From Convolutriloba macropyga (lineage: Eukaryota), in the NCBI RefSeq assembly GCF_964194025.1, contig NC_134471.1, forward strand, positions 62,434,001 through 62,498,000: a stretch of 64,000 bases of DNA, written 5' to 3'. The notes under the pieces are model-generated. The model saw only the letters and a program-made list of their open reading frames with translations. It was not told where the DNA came from and ran no database searches. The stretch's first letter is position 1, and the number at the start of each line of letters is the position of its first letter. Below, one piece after another: positions 37,750 through 50,426 of this stretch. Made by a program: the position numbers and the translations under genes.

Positions 37750-39420
37750 TCCTTTTACAGCCTTAAGGTATGAAGAGTTAGGGCTACTTATTTCTGCGCT
37801 CGAAGTAGACATACCTAATTCTCTCAGAATAGCCGATTCAGTAATATATTGACGGAAAAGTTCAATTATGACGGCGTTTAATATCGTTAACACCAGAGTC
37901 AAGGTATTGAGAATACCAATGGCGTGCTCAACTAAAAGTTCAAGACTTACTGAAGTCAGGCGTGCAAGCGCTATATTAAAGAGAACAGAATCTTCTCAGT
38001 CTCTGATTGGCTGGAGGCGTGCGTACAGTATTTCATCTGCTACCACCATCCGGGGTTAAGAGTTTTTCACCCAAAGCTGTAGAACGTAGCTTAATACGTT
38101 GAATATGTCATCCTCATCAAATATTGGAGTTGGTGACTTGTGTCGTCTTCTGAGGTCCGTGTCTACTGAAGTTGGTGACTATAGTCGCCAGTAAAGGATC
38201 ATTATCTTTTCACTTGCAGAGTCAGTAAGAGTTCCCGGTGCAGAATTTGCTGGCCAGCAGCGTCACTCCTGTAGGGTATCCGGCTGTCTCCCACTGTCAT
38301 GTAGTGAGAATTTGTTCCCAGCTGGGTGGAAATTTGTAGTCTGTAGTCTCTGAGTTGGTTGTACAGGGAGATTTTAGGTCATCTCAATCTGGTGCAGGTC
38401 TTTTTCCGATCGGATTTACCAGCTTACCTTCTTGTTAGAAGCCAATTAACCCTTTAAACTTTGTAAGTATATTTCTTATAAATTAAATTAAAATTTAATC
38501 CCCTTTAATCCATTATAAAGTTTAATCCGCTTTAAACTTTATAAGTTTAATTCCTATTGGTTCTACCAGAGAAAAGAAGAAAAAGAAATTTTCCTTAGCT
38601 TCAATTTGAAGGGAGGAAAGCAAAATGGTAGAAATTGAGAGAAAACGGAGATATAAAAAAATACAGGGAAAAATTTACAAAAACAAACGTTTTGTAAGTT
38701 TACAGGGAACTGTGTCTTTTTTAGGAACAGTGACCCTGGCAGTGGGACTGTGCCCATCAGCAGTGCTGAAACTCGAAGTCAGGGGCCCGATTATCAGGGT
38801 CCCTAAAGAAAGCGAGCAATTCATTTTCCGGGGCCAGAGAAGCAGCAAGAGCCCGAGAATACAGATCGTTGTTGCAATGTGGCTGCATCGCCATTAGATG
38901 GTTCAAAATCTGCTGTTCAACGGCTGACGGCTCTCAGTTGGCCAACTTGTTTTGCGGTCCAATTTCTGTAGAGGATGTTTTAGGTATGTCCATACATACA
39001 TTTTATGGCGCCTGCCTCCTGTACACAATGTGGATACTCAATTAGGACAAGAATAGGGTTGTACGACCATGCATACAGGGAACAAAGAGGAAGTAGTTCT
39101 CAAACAGATAAAATTGCTTCTTTGCTGCACATAGGGTCAATGATAAAGGTGTAGTTTAGATAAAACGGAGATGTATTTTTCTTATTAACAAGTTGAAGCT
39201 GCGAGCCGATATGCATCAGGGGATTCGTTGAAGTGATCTTGTACGAAGAGATAGTTGTGATTGATCTGAAGCATCTTCATACGATTCATTTTATTCGACT
39301 GATTATTTATATCCGTCTGTGTGGGATGTAAAAATCCGAACTGGAGTTAAAATGTGTCATTCTTCTGGTAGACACGATAGAGAGTCGTGTTCTTCGCAAA
39401 ATTCGTGTTGAGGTAGTCAT
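37750..39420 (-). mobile_element. Possible very old RTE-like LINE RT fragment, interrupted by an AT-rich insert at ~38440-38700
   Basis: Higher GC than surroundings, with weak frameshifted minus-strand traces resembling 'KLR.Y.A.V', 'D..RR', 'YG.P'. No intact motif. Confidence 0.3.
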
Positions 39421-39429
39421 GCTGGGGAA

Positions 39430-40430
39430 ATGACCTCTGATGAGACCAAGTGCAACGTACGGTGTGGTATCAGACCAAAATTACGGGGCCTTGACTTTGG
39501 TTTGAGCGCACAATAGTATGATCAGAGGTCACTTTCAGATGGTGATGGTCTAATCAGAGCTCTTTTCCGTATGGGTTGGTCTGATCAGAGGCGGATTCAA
39601 GCGCACATTAGTCTGATCAGAGACGATTTTAAGCGCAATTGGGTCCGATCAATTTCAAACGGATTTTTTTTTTCTAATTTTCATTTTATGTCTTTTTGAG
39701 CGAGGGATGTTGGCTCTGCCAAAAAGCAACAAAAAATCAGCATTCTCATCAGAGACACATCTAGAGTCTGTTGGCTTTGATCAGAACTAAACCGGTCCAG
39801 CTGAAAGAAAATGCCCATTCCCTAAAGAGGAAATTTTGATTCACTGTAGAAGGCGACGTTTTTTATGGAAAGATCTCTGAGTCCATCCATTGAGTCAGAA
39901 ATATGCAAAAATTGTATACTAATTAAAATTTTGCTGAGCAGTTGGGTTCTATGTTTACTAGCAATACTTTTGGAATGGTGTTTCCTTTAATTTAATACTG
40001 CAAACATATCTTAATGATATGAATATGTTATAGCAAAGTTGACGAAGTTGGTTCATAGTGAAAACTATTCACTGATCATACTATTTCGAGCGCAATTGAT
40101 TTTGATCAGAGGTTATTTCGAGCGCATAATAGTCTGATCAAGAGTGACCTTTGAGCTCACAATAGTCTGATCAGAAATTTTGAGCGCACAATCGTCTGGG
40201 CGATGGTTTGGGTTTGGTCTGGGCCATAGTCGCACAATTGTCTGGACATTGGTCTAATTTTGGTCTGATCAGAGGTCATTTCCGTCTGTCAGGGTCTGAT
40301 CAGAGACAGTTTCGAGAGCGGACTTTAGTCTGATCAGTGGATACTTTGGTTTTGGATGGTCTGATCAGAGGTTACTTTCGTCTGGAACGGTCTGATCAGA
40401 AGTCACTTGCGGATGGCACCTCAACCTGGG
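39430..40430 (-). mobile_element. TCTGATCAGA-array CCC...GGG element, copy 2 (inverted relative to 27688-28888)
   Basis: Ends CTCAACCTGGG at 40430. Core segments (TGTTGGCTCTGCCAA, CCATTGAGTCAGAA, AATACTGCAAACAT) are reverse complements of 28255-28570. Left end eroded. Confidence 0.75.
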
Positions 40431-41811
40431 ATGTCAGCCAATTTGCATTGAATTTGGGTTACTAAGGTCATTGTTGATGTGCAATCAATTTCTTATAATA
40501 ATTCTGGTGCTAATTTTAGATTTGACGCCAAAACTAGCTGGATGTACGATATTGCACTGGTGGAAATGAGGTTAGTTAGGAGACCAGTACAAGACTCAAT
40601 TCGACTGTGTGCCAAACAAGAGAAGAAGAGGAAACATCCGTTTAATTACAGAGTCTACGGTAAGTCTTAAAACAAAACATCTGATGACACCAAAAGCAAA
40701 AGGGATGACTTGTAATACCCCTTCCCCCACCTTCGTCCTAAATGATTTTATTCACATTAACACTTAGATTTTCATCCAATCTGTCTTTACTGTAATTATC
40801 GGTTTTCTTTGGTGCAAAATGATTTTCTGTTTAAGCAGAAAATTCCTGTTCAGATAGTGTCACAAGAATCGACAAAAACGAATTAAAATATACAAAGAAT
40901 AGACAAAAACGAGTTTAAACATAAACCAAGGCAGCTTTATTTTAGCCAACTATGCATAGCTTCTTAGCAGTTTAGTCTTACCTTGCTGCAAACAGTACAA
41001 TTACTAGTAAGTTCAATTTAAATCTTTGTGAGGAAACTTTTCTCGTGCTGTTTTCAATTAACTATTTCTAAAAAAGCCGTTTTCCAAAACTGCAAATGAA
41101 AAAAAATGTTCACCTTTTGCTTTAGATCAACATTGAGTTTAATAGAAAAATTTCCTAAAAAGTGCAAAAACTTTTGAACATATGTTTCGTTTGCGAAAAA
41201 ACTAGCTGTGGTCAGGCTAGAATTCTATCAAAATGCGGACAGTTGTATGATTTATTTATCAAGAGGTAGTCGTTTCCCAAAAAAGATCACTTGATTGCTG
41301 TGAAAGCTGAATTCAAATGATTGGATTGAACATTCGTTAAACGTCGTCAACTGCAGCAATCAGTTATAATTTGTTTTGCTAGGAACAGACCTAAAAAAGA
41401 AACAGAAAAAGACCACCGTTAAAAGATCCATAAGAAAGCCAAAAAGAGTATGAAAAGCCGATAAATATAGAAAATAGAAAAACATTAATGACCATTTGCC
41501 ATACTTTTGAAGAATGGACCTTGTACTCAACGGAAGGAAACCAAACAATTTTGCAAGTATTTTTTTGGATAGCAAAGTAATTTAATGAAAGATGAAAACG
41601 CATTAACCAGCACTGACTTCCTAATATTACAGCGACCTCTCCATCATTTCGAAGGTTTCGAAAGTTTTTGAATAGTTTTTTGGTTTTGCTTGGAATCTCT
41701 CTACGTTTTTCCAAAGTCTGCAACTTATAGGTCGTTGTATTACCATTTCATAACAAAAAACCTTTGTACTGTTTGTCATCGACTTCCCGAAAAAAAGTGA
41801 GAGCTGGCAAA

Positions 41812-42001
41812 GTTGTCAAGGACACATTGAATTCTAGTCAACAAAAGCCCGTTATCATAACAATCATAATCATCAAACTGGACGGAAATAGCTGACTGTC
41901 AAACAAACTTTAGCAACAAAATCAAGCGAAACAAAACAAAATTGAATTACATTAATAATCAAAACCGTTCCAAAATCATAAGATCTAATTAACCCCTCCT
42001 T
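41812..42001 (+). repeat. ~190-bp direct repeat, copy 1 (partner at 49073-49263); possible LTR remnant or dispersed repeat
   Basis: TTCTAGTCAACAAAAGCCCGTTATCATAACAAT...GATCTAATTAACCCC is shared by both copies, roughly 80% identical by eye. Confidence 0.75.
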
Positions 42002-42274
42002 CCCTTATTCAATAACAATTTTGGCACCCAACTTAACAGCCTTTGAAACCACACCTAAAGCTAAGTTTTGCTTTAAAAAACATTTCACAATGAGCTAGAC
42101 GGATGTGCACCATAATTTTTTTATCAATGTTTCAGAATATCCCCAGATCAGAAATTAGACTTGTATCAAAACACTCTGACTGTGGTGGGGAAACTACATA
42201 AAAAGACACAAAAAAACAAATAAAAAGATTGAAACATTCAAAAATTTTTTGATATTTAGTTTCGCATTTTCCTT

Positions 42275-43150
42275 TCCAGTTCTTCAGGGGTTTTAACCAA
42301 CCCAAGAACCCCTTCTGTTTGGTCGTTTCCCCACCCCCACCATTTTTTCGGTTCTTCAGGGGTTTTACCCACCTCTAGGACCCTTTTTGGTTGGTCATTT
42401 CCCCAACCCCCCGCCCTCTTTCTGGTTCTTCAATGGTTTTAACCACCCCAAGGACCCCCTTCTGGTTGGCCGTTTCCCCAACCCCCGCCTTCTTTCCGGT
42501 TTTTCTGGGGTTTTACCCACCCCAAGGAACCCCTTCTGGATGGTCGTTTGCCCAACCCCCCGCCTTCTTTCTGGTTCTCGCCGGTTCTTCTTGGGTTTTA
42601 CCCAACCCAAGGACCTCCTTCTGGTTCGTCGTTTCCCAAACCCCTGCCTTTTTTCCGGTTCTTCTGGGGTTTTACCCACCTCAAGGACCCCCTTCTGGTT
42701 GGTCGTTTCCCCAACTACCCGCCTTCTTTCCTGTTCATTCCGGTTCTTCTGTACTTTTACTCACCTTAAGGATCCCTCCGGTTGGTCGTTTCCCCAACCC
42801 CCCTTCTTTGTTTTTCTGGGGTTTTACACACCCGAAGTACCCACTTCTGGTTGGTCGTTTCCCCAACCCTCCGCCTTCTTTCTGGTTCTTCAGGGGTTTT
42901 TCCCAACCCAAGGACCTCCTTCTTATTGGTCGTTTCCCCAACACCCCGCCTTTTTTCTGGTTCTTCAGGGGTTTTACCCAGCCCAAGGATTCTTTTCTGG
43001 TTGGCCGTTTCCCCAACCCTCCGCCTTCTTTCTTCTTTTGTGGTTCTACGCATCCCAAGTACCCCTTCTGGTTGGCCGTTTCCCCAACTACCTGCCTGTT
43101 TTTGGATCCTCCGGGGTTTTACTCGCCTCAGGAACCACTTCTGGTGGATC
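42275..43150 (+). repeat. ~70-bp minisatellite, about 12-13 copies
   Basis: Unit ~TTCTTCAGGGGTTTTACCCACCCCAAGGACCCCCTTCTGGTTGGTCGTTTCCCCAACCCCCGCCTTCTTTCTGG; produces spurious ORFs in several frames. Confidence 0.9.
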
Positions 43151-43169
43151 GTATTGATTTTTTCCGCTT

Positions 43170-43660
43170 CCGGTAGGTATTTGTAGGTTCCGTTATTTGG
43201 TCGATATTGGTTTTGATAGGGACCGGCGTTTGGTAGATATTGGTAGGTTCTGTTAATTGGTAAATATTTGCTTTTGTTAGGCTTCGGTGTTTGATAGGTT
43301 TTGGTTTTGGTATGTATTGGTAGGTTCCGGCTTTTGGTAGGTGTTGGTAGGTTCTGTTAATTGGTAAATAATTGCTTTCGGTAGGCTTCGGTGTTTGATA
43401 GGTTTTGGTTTTGGTTGGTATTGGTAGGTTCCGGCTTTTGGTAGGTGTTGGTAGGTTCTGTTAATTGATAAATATTTGCTTTCGGTAGGCTTCGGTGTTT
43501 GATAGGTTTTGGTTTTGGTAGGTATTGGTAGGTTCGGGCTTTTGGTAGGTGTTGGTAGGTTCCGGTATATGATAGGTATTGGTATTTGGTAGATATTAGT
43601 TGATTCTAACACTAGTAAAGCATTGATTTTGATAGGTATTGATAGGTTTTGTTGGTAAAA
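43170..43660 (+). repeat. GT-rich minisatellite: TTGGTAGGT-like subunits in a 104-bp higher-order unit (~3.5 copies)
   Basis: TGGTAGGTTCTGTTAATTG recurs at 43241, 43345 and 43449. Confidence 0.9.
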
Positions 43661-43743
43661 ATTACTGTAACAACCGAAACTTTTCTGATTTTACTCGGTT
43701 TTTCCTTACAACTTCTTATTACTTACGGACTTCTTATTAATGG

Positions 43744-46700
43744 TTGAGAAGAGGTCAACCTCAAACATTTACAGTGACCAGAATGAGTACTAGTTCATTC
43801 GATTCCCTATATGGAAAAGTGTTAACTCAACAGTACTTTGGTATCTCAACAGCAACCAAGTCAAATGAAGATAAGCCTTTGGAAACCTCTAAACTTATGA
43901 TCGAAACGGACATCAGACTACACACTGACTATCTTATTGCTGTTATAGAGTCCTCGGAAGATATTGAAACTTTAGAAGATATTATGTCCGAAAGACACTG
44001 TCTTTTGAAGATAGACATAAAATGGCCTCTGACCCTTCACCAAATACACGTTAAAGAGAAAAAGACGCCTTTCAGCAAACCTTATCTGGTGGAGTATCCT
44101 GGAATTACAGTGAGAACATAGAAACATATGACAACACCTTGTCACATTTACAACAACGTCGCACTCATTTTGTTTTTGACGACACTTTTTCGATTGATCA
44201 CACTACTCAAAATAATACCTCGGCAACCGCTGAGAATTCATGTTTTGTCAGTTACGGTTATACTACACGCGGTTATACAACTCTACTTGTCAACAACACT
44301 TCATGCATCTTTATTTTTAAGATATGAGCTGCACCAAGAAGTGCATAACAGCAATCGTTCTCAACTTTGCCTTGCGGAGTTCACTCAACTGTGAGCAACT
44401 CACTCGGTCAAAATAACTTTCTTCCATTAACACAGTCCGGCTTCAGTTTTATTCCTAACACATCAAATACGCAGATGCCATTTGCTTCTATACACAATGC
44501 CGCAATGTCTACTCGTTTTCAAAAAACCGTACCCAAATTGCATGCGGACCATTTGGATGATGATCCATTGAGCTGGTTGAAATGGTACCGCATTTTTTAA
44601 GATACTCTTGACAGAGCACCTATGACAGTTTCTGAGAAAAATGATTCACCTACAATCGCTATTAACAAGTAAAGCGAAAGGCCCTGTCCACGGTTATGGT
44701 TGCAACAGTGACTTATACGCTTCAGCACTTAATTGCCTTCAAGAACACTTGGGGAACGCAAAGCAATTTGTAACTGCTTTCCTTGAGAAATTGTATAGGT
44801 CCAAATTGCCCAATTTGATAGGCCCAAATTGCCCAATTTGTTCCATCCAGAGAGCTAAACACAACTCTCATCTTCCATGGTGGATGTTTTTTAGCAACAA
44901 AAATCCATTCACGACCTTCACTCAGCTCCAAACCTGAATGTGGCGCTCGCAAATCCCGTACGTATCGAGTTGAACAATTTTTTGTCAGAAAAGGATTTCC
45001 AGCAACCATCTCCAACGATACTCTCTGACTGCCTTCTGAACTACTCCAAAGCATGTCGATATCGAAACTCTAGCCACCAAAGTACTCAATCAAGCCATGC
45101 ACAAAACTCCTAGAAAAATTCTCCGAGCGTACAAAACTACACACCAGCTAGAATTGGAAGGAAAAATAATCAATATAAACAATTAACAAGCAGCTCTACC
45201 AGGAACTCGGTAGTTGAAGGCAGGCAACCCCTGTGAAACTTTGCCCAAATAACAAAAATTGGAAATTCCTATTAAAGTGTACCCACCTCCAGGCTCTCCC
45301 AGCAATTTTTTGCAAAGAGCACAAAAGAAAATTTAGATTACGTTCCAACTGTTTTGCAAATGATCATGTGGAGAACTGCACTATTAAAAACTTTTGCCGT
45401 AGTAGCAATTGCGGTATGAAACACCACACTCTATTGCATGTTAGTTTTGTTATTATGTCCGAGTCAAAAAAGTCTAATGTGAAAACTTTAAACTTACAAG
45501 GAACAAGACAGGTGGTTGTGGTCACTGTACAACTCAAAAATGGCGATAAGGTTTGGGATATTTATGCTTATGTGGACAATGGTAGTTGCCAAAGCTTTTT
45601 TTTGAGGTTAACTCCGACAAATCCAAATTTAAGCACGAAAACCACTGGAAAAATGCCAATTAATGGCTGTCATATGACAAAAGAAATCGATTATGCTCCA
45701 GTAAAACTTCAAATTAGACCCTTACAAGAAGAAGAGTCATTCGCAAAACTAGGCGTTGTCACCTTTCTGGATTTGAATATGTCATCCGTTGATACGAAGA
45801 AAGTGAATCGCCTCTAAGATTCGTCTGAACACATCAACCATATATTTATACCAGATATAGGGGAAAATACTGTGTCTATCGCTCTCGGAATTGACAATCT
45901 AGATCTGTTGAACTACAAACAAATAATTAAAGGACCCAAGAGTGCACCATGGGCAGTTGAAACCCAACTTTGTTGGACATGAGCTGAAAAAACGGACTTA
46001 ATCCAAGCTGATTTCAATCCAGTTCAGTTAATTCACTCAATTAAACAGCCATCCTGATATGGACAACAGTATGTTCAAGTTGGTCTCCGACTGGATGAAA
46101 ATTGAAAACTTAGGCGTAGCTTCATCCAAGAAAACAATGTCCAAAAATGTAAAAATAGTCTTTGATATATAGAAGAAGAGCCCCGATCTCTCAATTAACA
46201 GGTGGTTTGCAGAGGTACAACTTTATCAGCTCATTAATAATCTTTCAAAGAATCCAAAATTAAAACAAGGAAACGATGAAACGCTTAAGAAAGACTCGCA
46301 GAACGGCTATGTCAGAAAAGAAAAATCATAAAAAAAGAACAACCAGATGAAAAAACTTCGTTACTTCCTCATCACGCTGTCACTTATAAGAACAAACGTG
46401 AAAAAGTACGCCATGTCGCTATTGCATAAAGTGTGTTTCAGGGTCAGTCCAGAAGTTTTAATCTTCTGAAAGTTTTAGATTAGCGAAGCAACCTTACCGA
46501 TGTATTTTTGCGAGTACGGGAGTACAAAATAGCGCTTTCTGCTGATATTGAACAAAAATTCATGCAGGTTAGAGTTTCTCCTGAAGACAGAAAAGTTTTG
46601 CGCTTTCTTTGGAACAATGCTGGTTTTATTGAAACTTACGATTATACCAGTCACAATTTTGTAGCCACAGACTCACAATGTATTGCCTCATATGCTTTGC

Positions 46701-48537
46701 GAAGAACTGCTTGTGACAACGAAGACCAGTTTGCAGATGCTCTCAAATATTTAGAACGCAATATTTACATGAATGATCTCAATGTTTCCACAAATTCACA
46801 CAAAGGTGTTCAAAAAACACTACAGGGAATTAAAAATTGTCACTCTAAAGGAGGTTTCAACCTAAGCAAATGGAATTCAAGCAGTACTGAAATTCTAAAC
46901 TTATTAGAACTTAAATCAGAATGCATCCAGACAACACTCTCCCTCAGAACCAAAAAGTACTTGGTTTAGCATGGAGCGCAGCATTGGAATGCTATATCAC
47001 TGAAAGTATACTACTACACAAATTCTAGATTACAGGCAACGGATCTCAAAAAGTGTTACTCAAATTGGCGGCGTCTTTGTGTGAGCCCCTTGGATTTTGG
47101 ATTCGTAGCGCATCTAACAATTCGAATACGGAAATTTTACAAGCCGCCTGGAACTATGGTTCACAATGGATAACATCCAAGATTTCAGTAGGTTAAGGGA
47201 AGAAAGTCCGGCATCCAAGGACGTTGAAATCTCTAGGAATTCTTTCCTAGAAAAAACTGTTAGCTCAATTGAGCTTCATACCTTTACTGAGGCATCGGAA
47301 TACGCTCTATTTGCCGTCTCGTACTTTCGAAAAGAGTACTCGCATCGACCAGTCTCCATTAATTTTGTTATGGGCAAGGCTCGTGTAGCCCCAATAAAAA
47401 AAATGACAATTCCCAACCTGCAACTGGAAGCCGCTGTATATGGGGCTCAACTAAATGAAATTATATAAAAACTTGATATAGAGTTTTCAGATTGTGTTTT
47501 TGTTTTGACACCACAACCGTCCTGTACTGGCTGAGAACACCTGAAATGCGCCAATGAGTAAATGTAGCAAATTGAATAGCCAATATTTATAGATGTCTCT
47601 TCCGCTTTCGTTTAGAAGTAAGTTTCATCCATAGCTAACCCCGCAGATGAACGAAGTCTAGGATATAGTGTTGAGCAAATGACAAAAAAATCTAGATGGA
47701 TTTCAGGACCGTCATTTGTGCGCCAAAAAAGGTTTGAGTGGCCAAAACAAGAAATTTTGCATTCCCAACATTTACAAGTTGTTTCCTTTTCCTCAGTAAA
47801 CTCAACTATTTTAAACATTGTCGTCGCGACAGGATTCAGCAATTGCAAAAAACTATTTGTTTGACAGTGCTCTCTACTTTTTTTTGCAGAAATTTTTTTG
47901 GAAACGCAACCCAGAAATCAAGTAAGCAGATCTCACTAGAGCTTATCTGCCCGTTATTGACAATTTTCAAAGACAAGATTTTAACCCAAAATATTGAAAA
48001 AGAAATTCTCTATTGCTAACCGACTGAAAGCAGTATCAATTTTCCTAGACAAGAATAACCAACTAAGAACACGTGGTCGCCTGACAAAGTCAAGTCCTCT
48101 GATGACCGCTCGTCATACAAAAATACTTGACGGTAACAAAGCTGTAGATAAACTACTGGTCCATCACACACAAACGAAACTATATGTCATTGGGGTCTCG
48201 AGCAGAATCGAAACACTCTCATGGAACACTATTTGATACTTCGCTGTAGAGCAGTTGTTAAACAGACTATACGGCACTGTTTGCCCTGTCCTAGAATGCA
48301 GCCAGATGTTAACACGCCAGATGTTGAATTATTTGAAATAAGGCGTCGAAAAGATTACAAGTTTGCAACTTGGTATGGATTTTAGAAGAACTCAATCCCC
48401 GTGACCTGTGCCCTTTGGCTAGAGTTATTCAAGTTTTCCCTGACAGAGACGGGATCTTCCGATCAGTTAAACTAAAGACGTCATTCAGAGAGCGCTTTAG
48501 ACACGTTGTGAAATTGAGCAAAGTATTTCCCGAGTGA
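43744..48537 (+). mobile_element. Decayed BEL/Pao LTR retrotransposon (gag-PR-RT-RNase H; integrase core deleted)
   Basis: Gag 'DPLSWLKW', 'MIHLQSLLTSKAK..VHGYG', Cys/His knuckle 'NCFANDH..C..KNFC..CGMKHHTLLH'. Protease 'YAYVDNGSCQSF'. RT 'ALSADIEQKFMQVRV..LRFLW' and 'NIYMNDL'. RNase H 'ELHTFTEASEYA' and 'GKARVAPIKKMTIPNLQLEAA'. Also 'NPAD', 'RWISGPSF', 'LRTRGRL' and C-terminal 'PDRDGI.RSVKLKT'. Multiple stops and frameshifts. Confidence 0.9.
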
Positions 48538-49072
48538 AACCCAAATTTTGGCATAAACAAAGCAGTCTCTCCAAAGATAGGAAATTTAGGGACAACCATT
48601 CACCCTTCTAAACAGAAGATTTTTTGTTTGTATTGCTGATCCTGAACTGGCTCATCCCTTATTACAACACCTTTCCGTGCCCTTGTCCATAATTATCTGG
48701 CTTCTGATTAACACGTTGCTCAATCTTCTACTCTGGATTGTCGTTTACAAACCAGCAGATCGATTGATCCCATCTTCAAGTTTCTTTGATCATCCCTTAT
48801 CAACAGCCCATTTGAACTTGTTTTTGATTTTTTTTCTCACAGGTGTAAAACGCACCCGTCTTGCTTTACTTTGCAGCCTGAGGTATTTGGTTACCAATTC
48901 CGATTTTTGAATTAGTTGGCTCAATTTTACTACCCATCGGATTAAAGTTTTACCCTTAAACTTCCTTACAGTCAATTTTTGTTTTAATTCTTTGTTCAAC
49001 TTTACTGATGACTAAACACGCTGCAATCCGACATTTATATTCTTTATTTGCAATTCTGCAAATGGGGCCAGC

Positions 49073-49263
49073 GATGTGAAGGACACTGTGACTTCTAGTC
49101 AACAAAAGCCCGTTATCATAACAATTATAATAATCAAACTGGACGGTAGTAGCTGACTTCCAAACAAACTCTAGCAACAAAATCAAGCAAAACAAAACCA
49201 AACTGAATTACACTATTAATCAAAACAGTTCTGAAATCTTCTGATCTAATTAACCCCCTCCTT
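49073..49263 (+). repeat. ~190-bp direct repeat, copy 2
   Basis: Homologous to 41812-42001. Confidence 0.75.
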
Positions 49264-49602
49264 CTTTTAGTCAATACTAAAAGTTTTACTATTCTCATAT
49301 GATACCTGTATAATGTCGATTTCCGAAAAAAGACAATATTTCTCTTACAAAAAAAGACCATATACAAAAGACCGACAATTATGTGAAACAAAATAAGTTA
49401 AAAATGAACAGAGGTAAGGGAAAAAAGCAAAATTATTCTGCTTCACAAATGATCAATCTTACACTCAGTAAATCCTTTTGAATTGAAATATCATAACTTC
49501 AAAGGTCGAAAGCCCTTATCCAGATTGACCATATATTTAGATTGATGCAACGGGGTTAACTTTGTTTTGATTATTAACCAACAATATGTGAACTGCTATT
49601 GG

Positions 49603-50426
49603 CCCACGTTGAGGTCCAAGTTTTTGATGAAGACCATTTTTGAGCGCAGACAGGGGGTACGGTACGTTCAAAAATACACAGGCGAGGATTTTTTTACGAG
49701 CAACATAAACTTACCAGTACTGCCCCATAGACAAGACAAAAACTGCCCCATTGACGCGCGAACTTGTCAGCAACATAGATGAGCCACTTCGTGTCACATA
49801 CATGAGCAGGTTTTTCCCAACAAACGAGCCAAAAAATTTGTCATAGGCGAGCTAAAGTGTGCAGCATACACTTTTTCAAACATTTTATTTGCACCAAAAG
49901 CGTCATCCACACAAATCGGAGGTACACAAACCGACTATTATAGTGCACTAAATTGCTTAATTTGAGTGTCTCACTTATTGTGATAATTTTAATGTCAGCC
50001 CGAGAAAAAAAACGAGGCTCTTTTTTATAGAACACTCATTAAGTCACATTTAATCTACAGCACATGGGAGAAGGTTCCTAAAAGGGGCACAAAGGAAAGA
50101 ACGAGGCAATGTATGGATAGCAAGTTGTTTTTTGGTCTACCTGAGTCTTTTCACTCCTTGAACGAGCCAAAGTCTGGATCATGAACTTGTTTGGTCATTC
50201 TGATTCTTTTCATAAATTTAACAAGCCACAATCTGTACCATAACGCATTTTGGTCTGGACAGTTCTTTTCATAAGCGTTTTTGAACGAGCACATGAACGC
50301 ACCAAAAATTTGAACGAGGCTTTGTCTGGATCATAAGCATCTTTGGTCTTCCTGGGTATTTTCATAGGCAAAAATGGTCTGGATGGGTATTTTCATAAGG
50401 ACTTTAAACGAGGACCCCAACCTGGG
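49603..50426. mobile_element. ~0.82-kb CCC...GGG non-autonomous TIR element with AACGAG/TTTTCATAAG subrepeats
   Basis: Start CCCACGTTGAGGTCC versus reverse-complemented end CCCAGGTTGGGGTCC. AACGAG, GGTCTGGA and TTTCATAAG recur in the right arm. Confidence 0.55.

Noticed and set aside
42387-43186. 256/261-aa proline-rich ORFs
   Set aside because: Open in several frames and on both strands because of a low-complexity 70-bp tandem repeat; no splice or domain evidence.
43277-43612. PT/KP-rich 111-aa ORF (mucin- or extensin-like)
   Set aside because: It is the translation of the GT-rich minisatellite.
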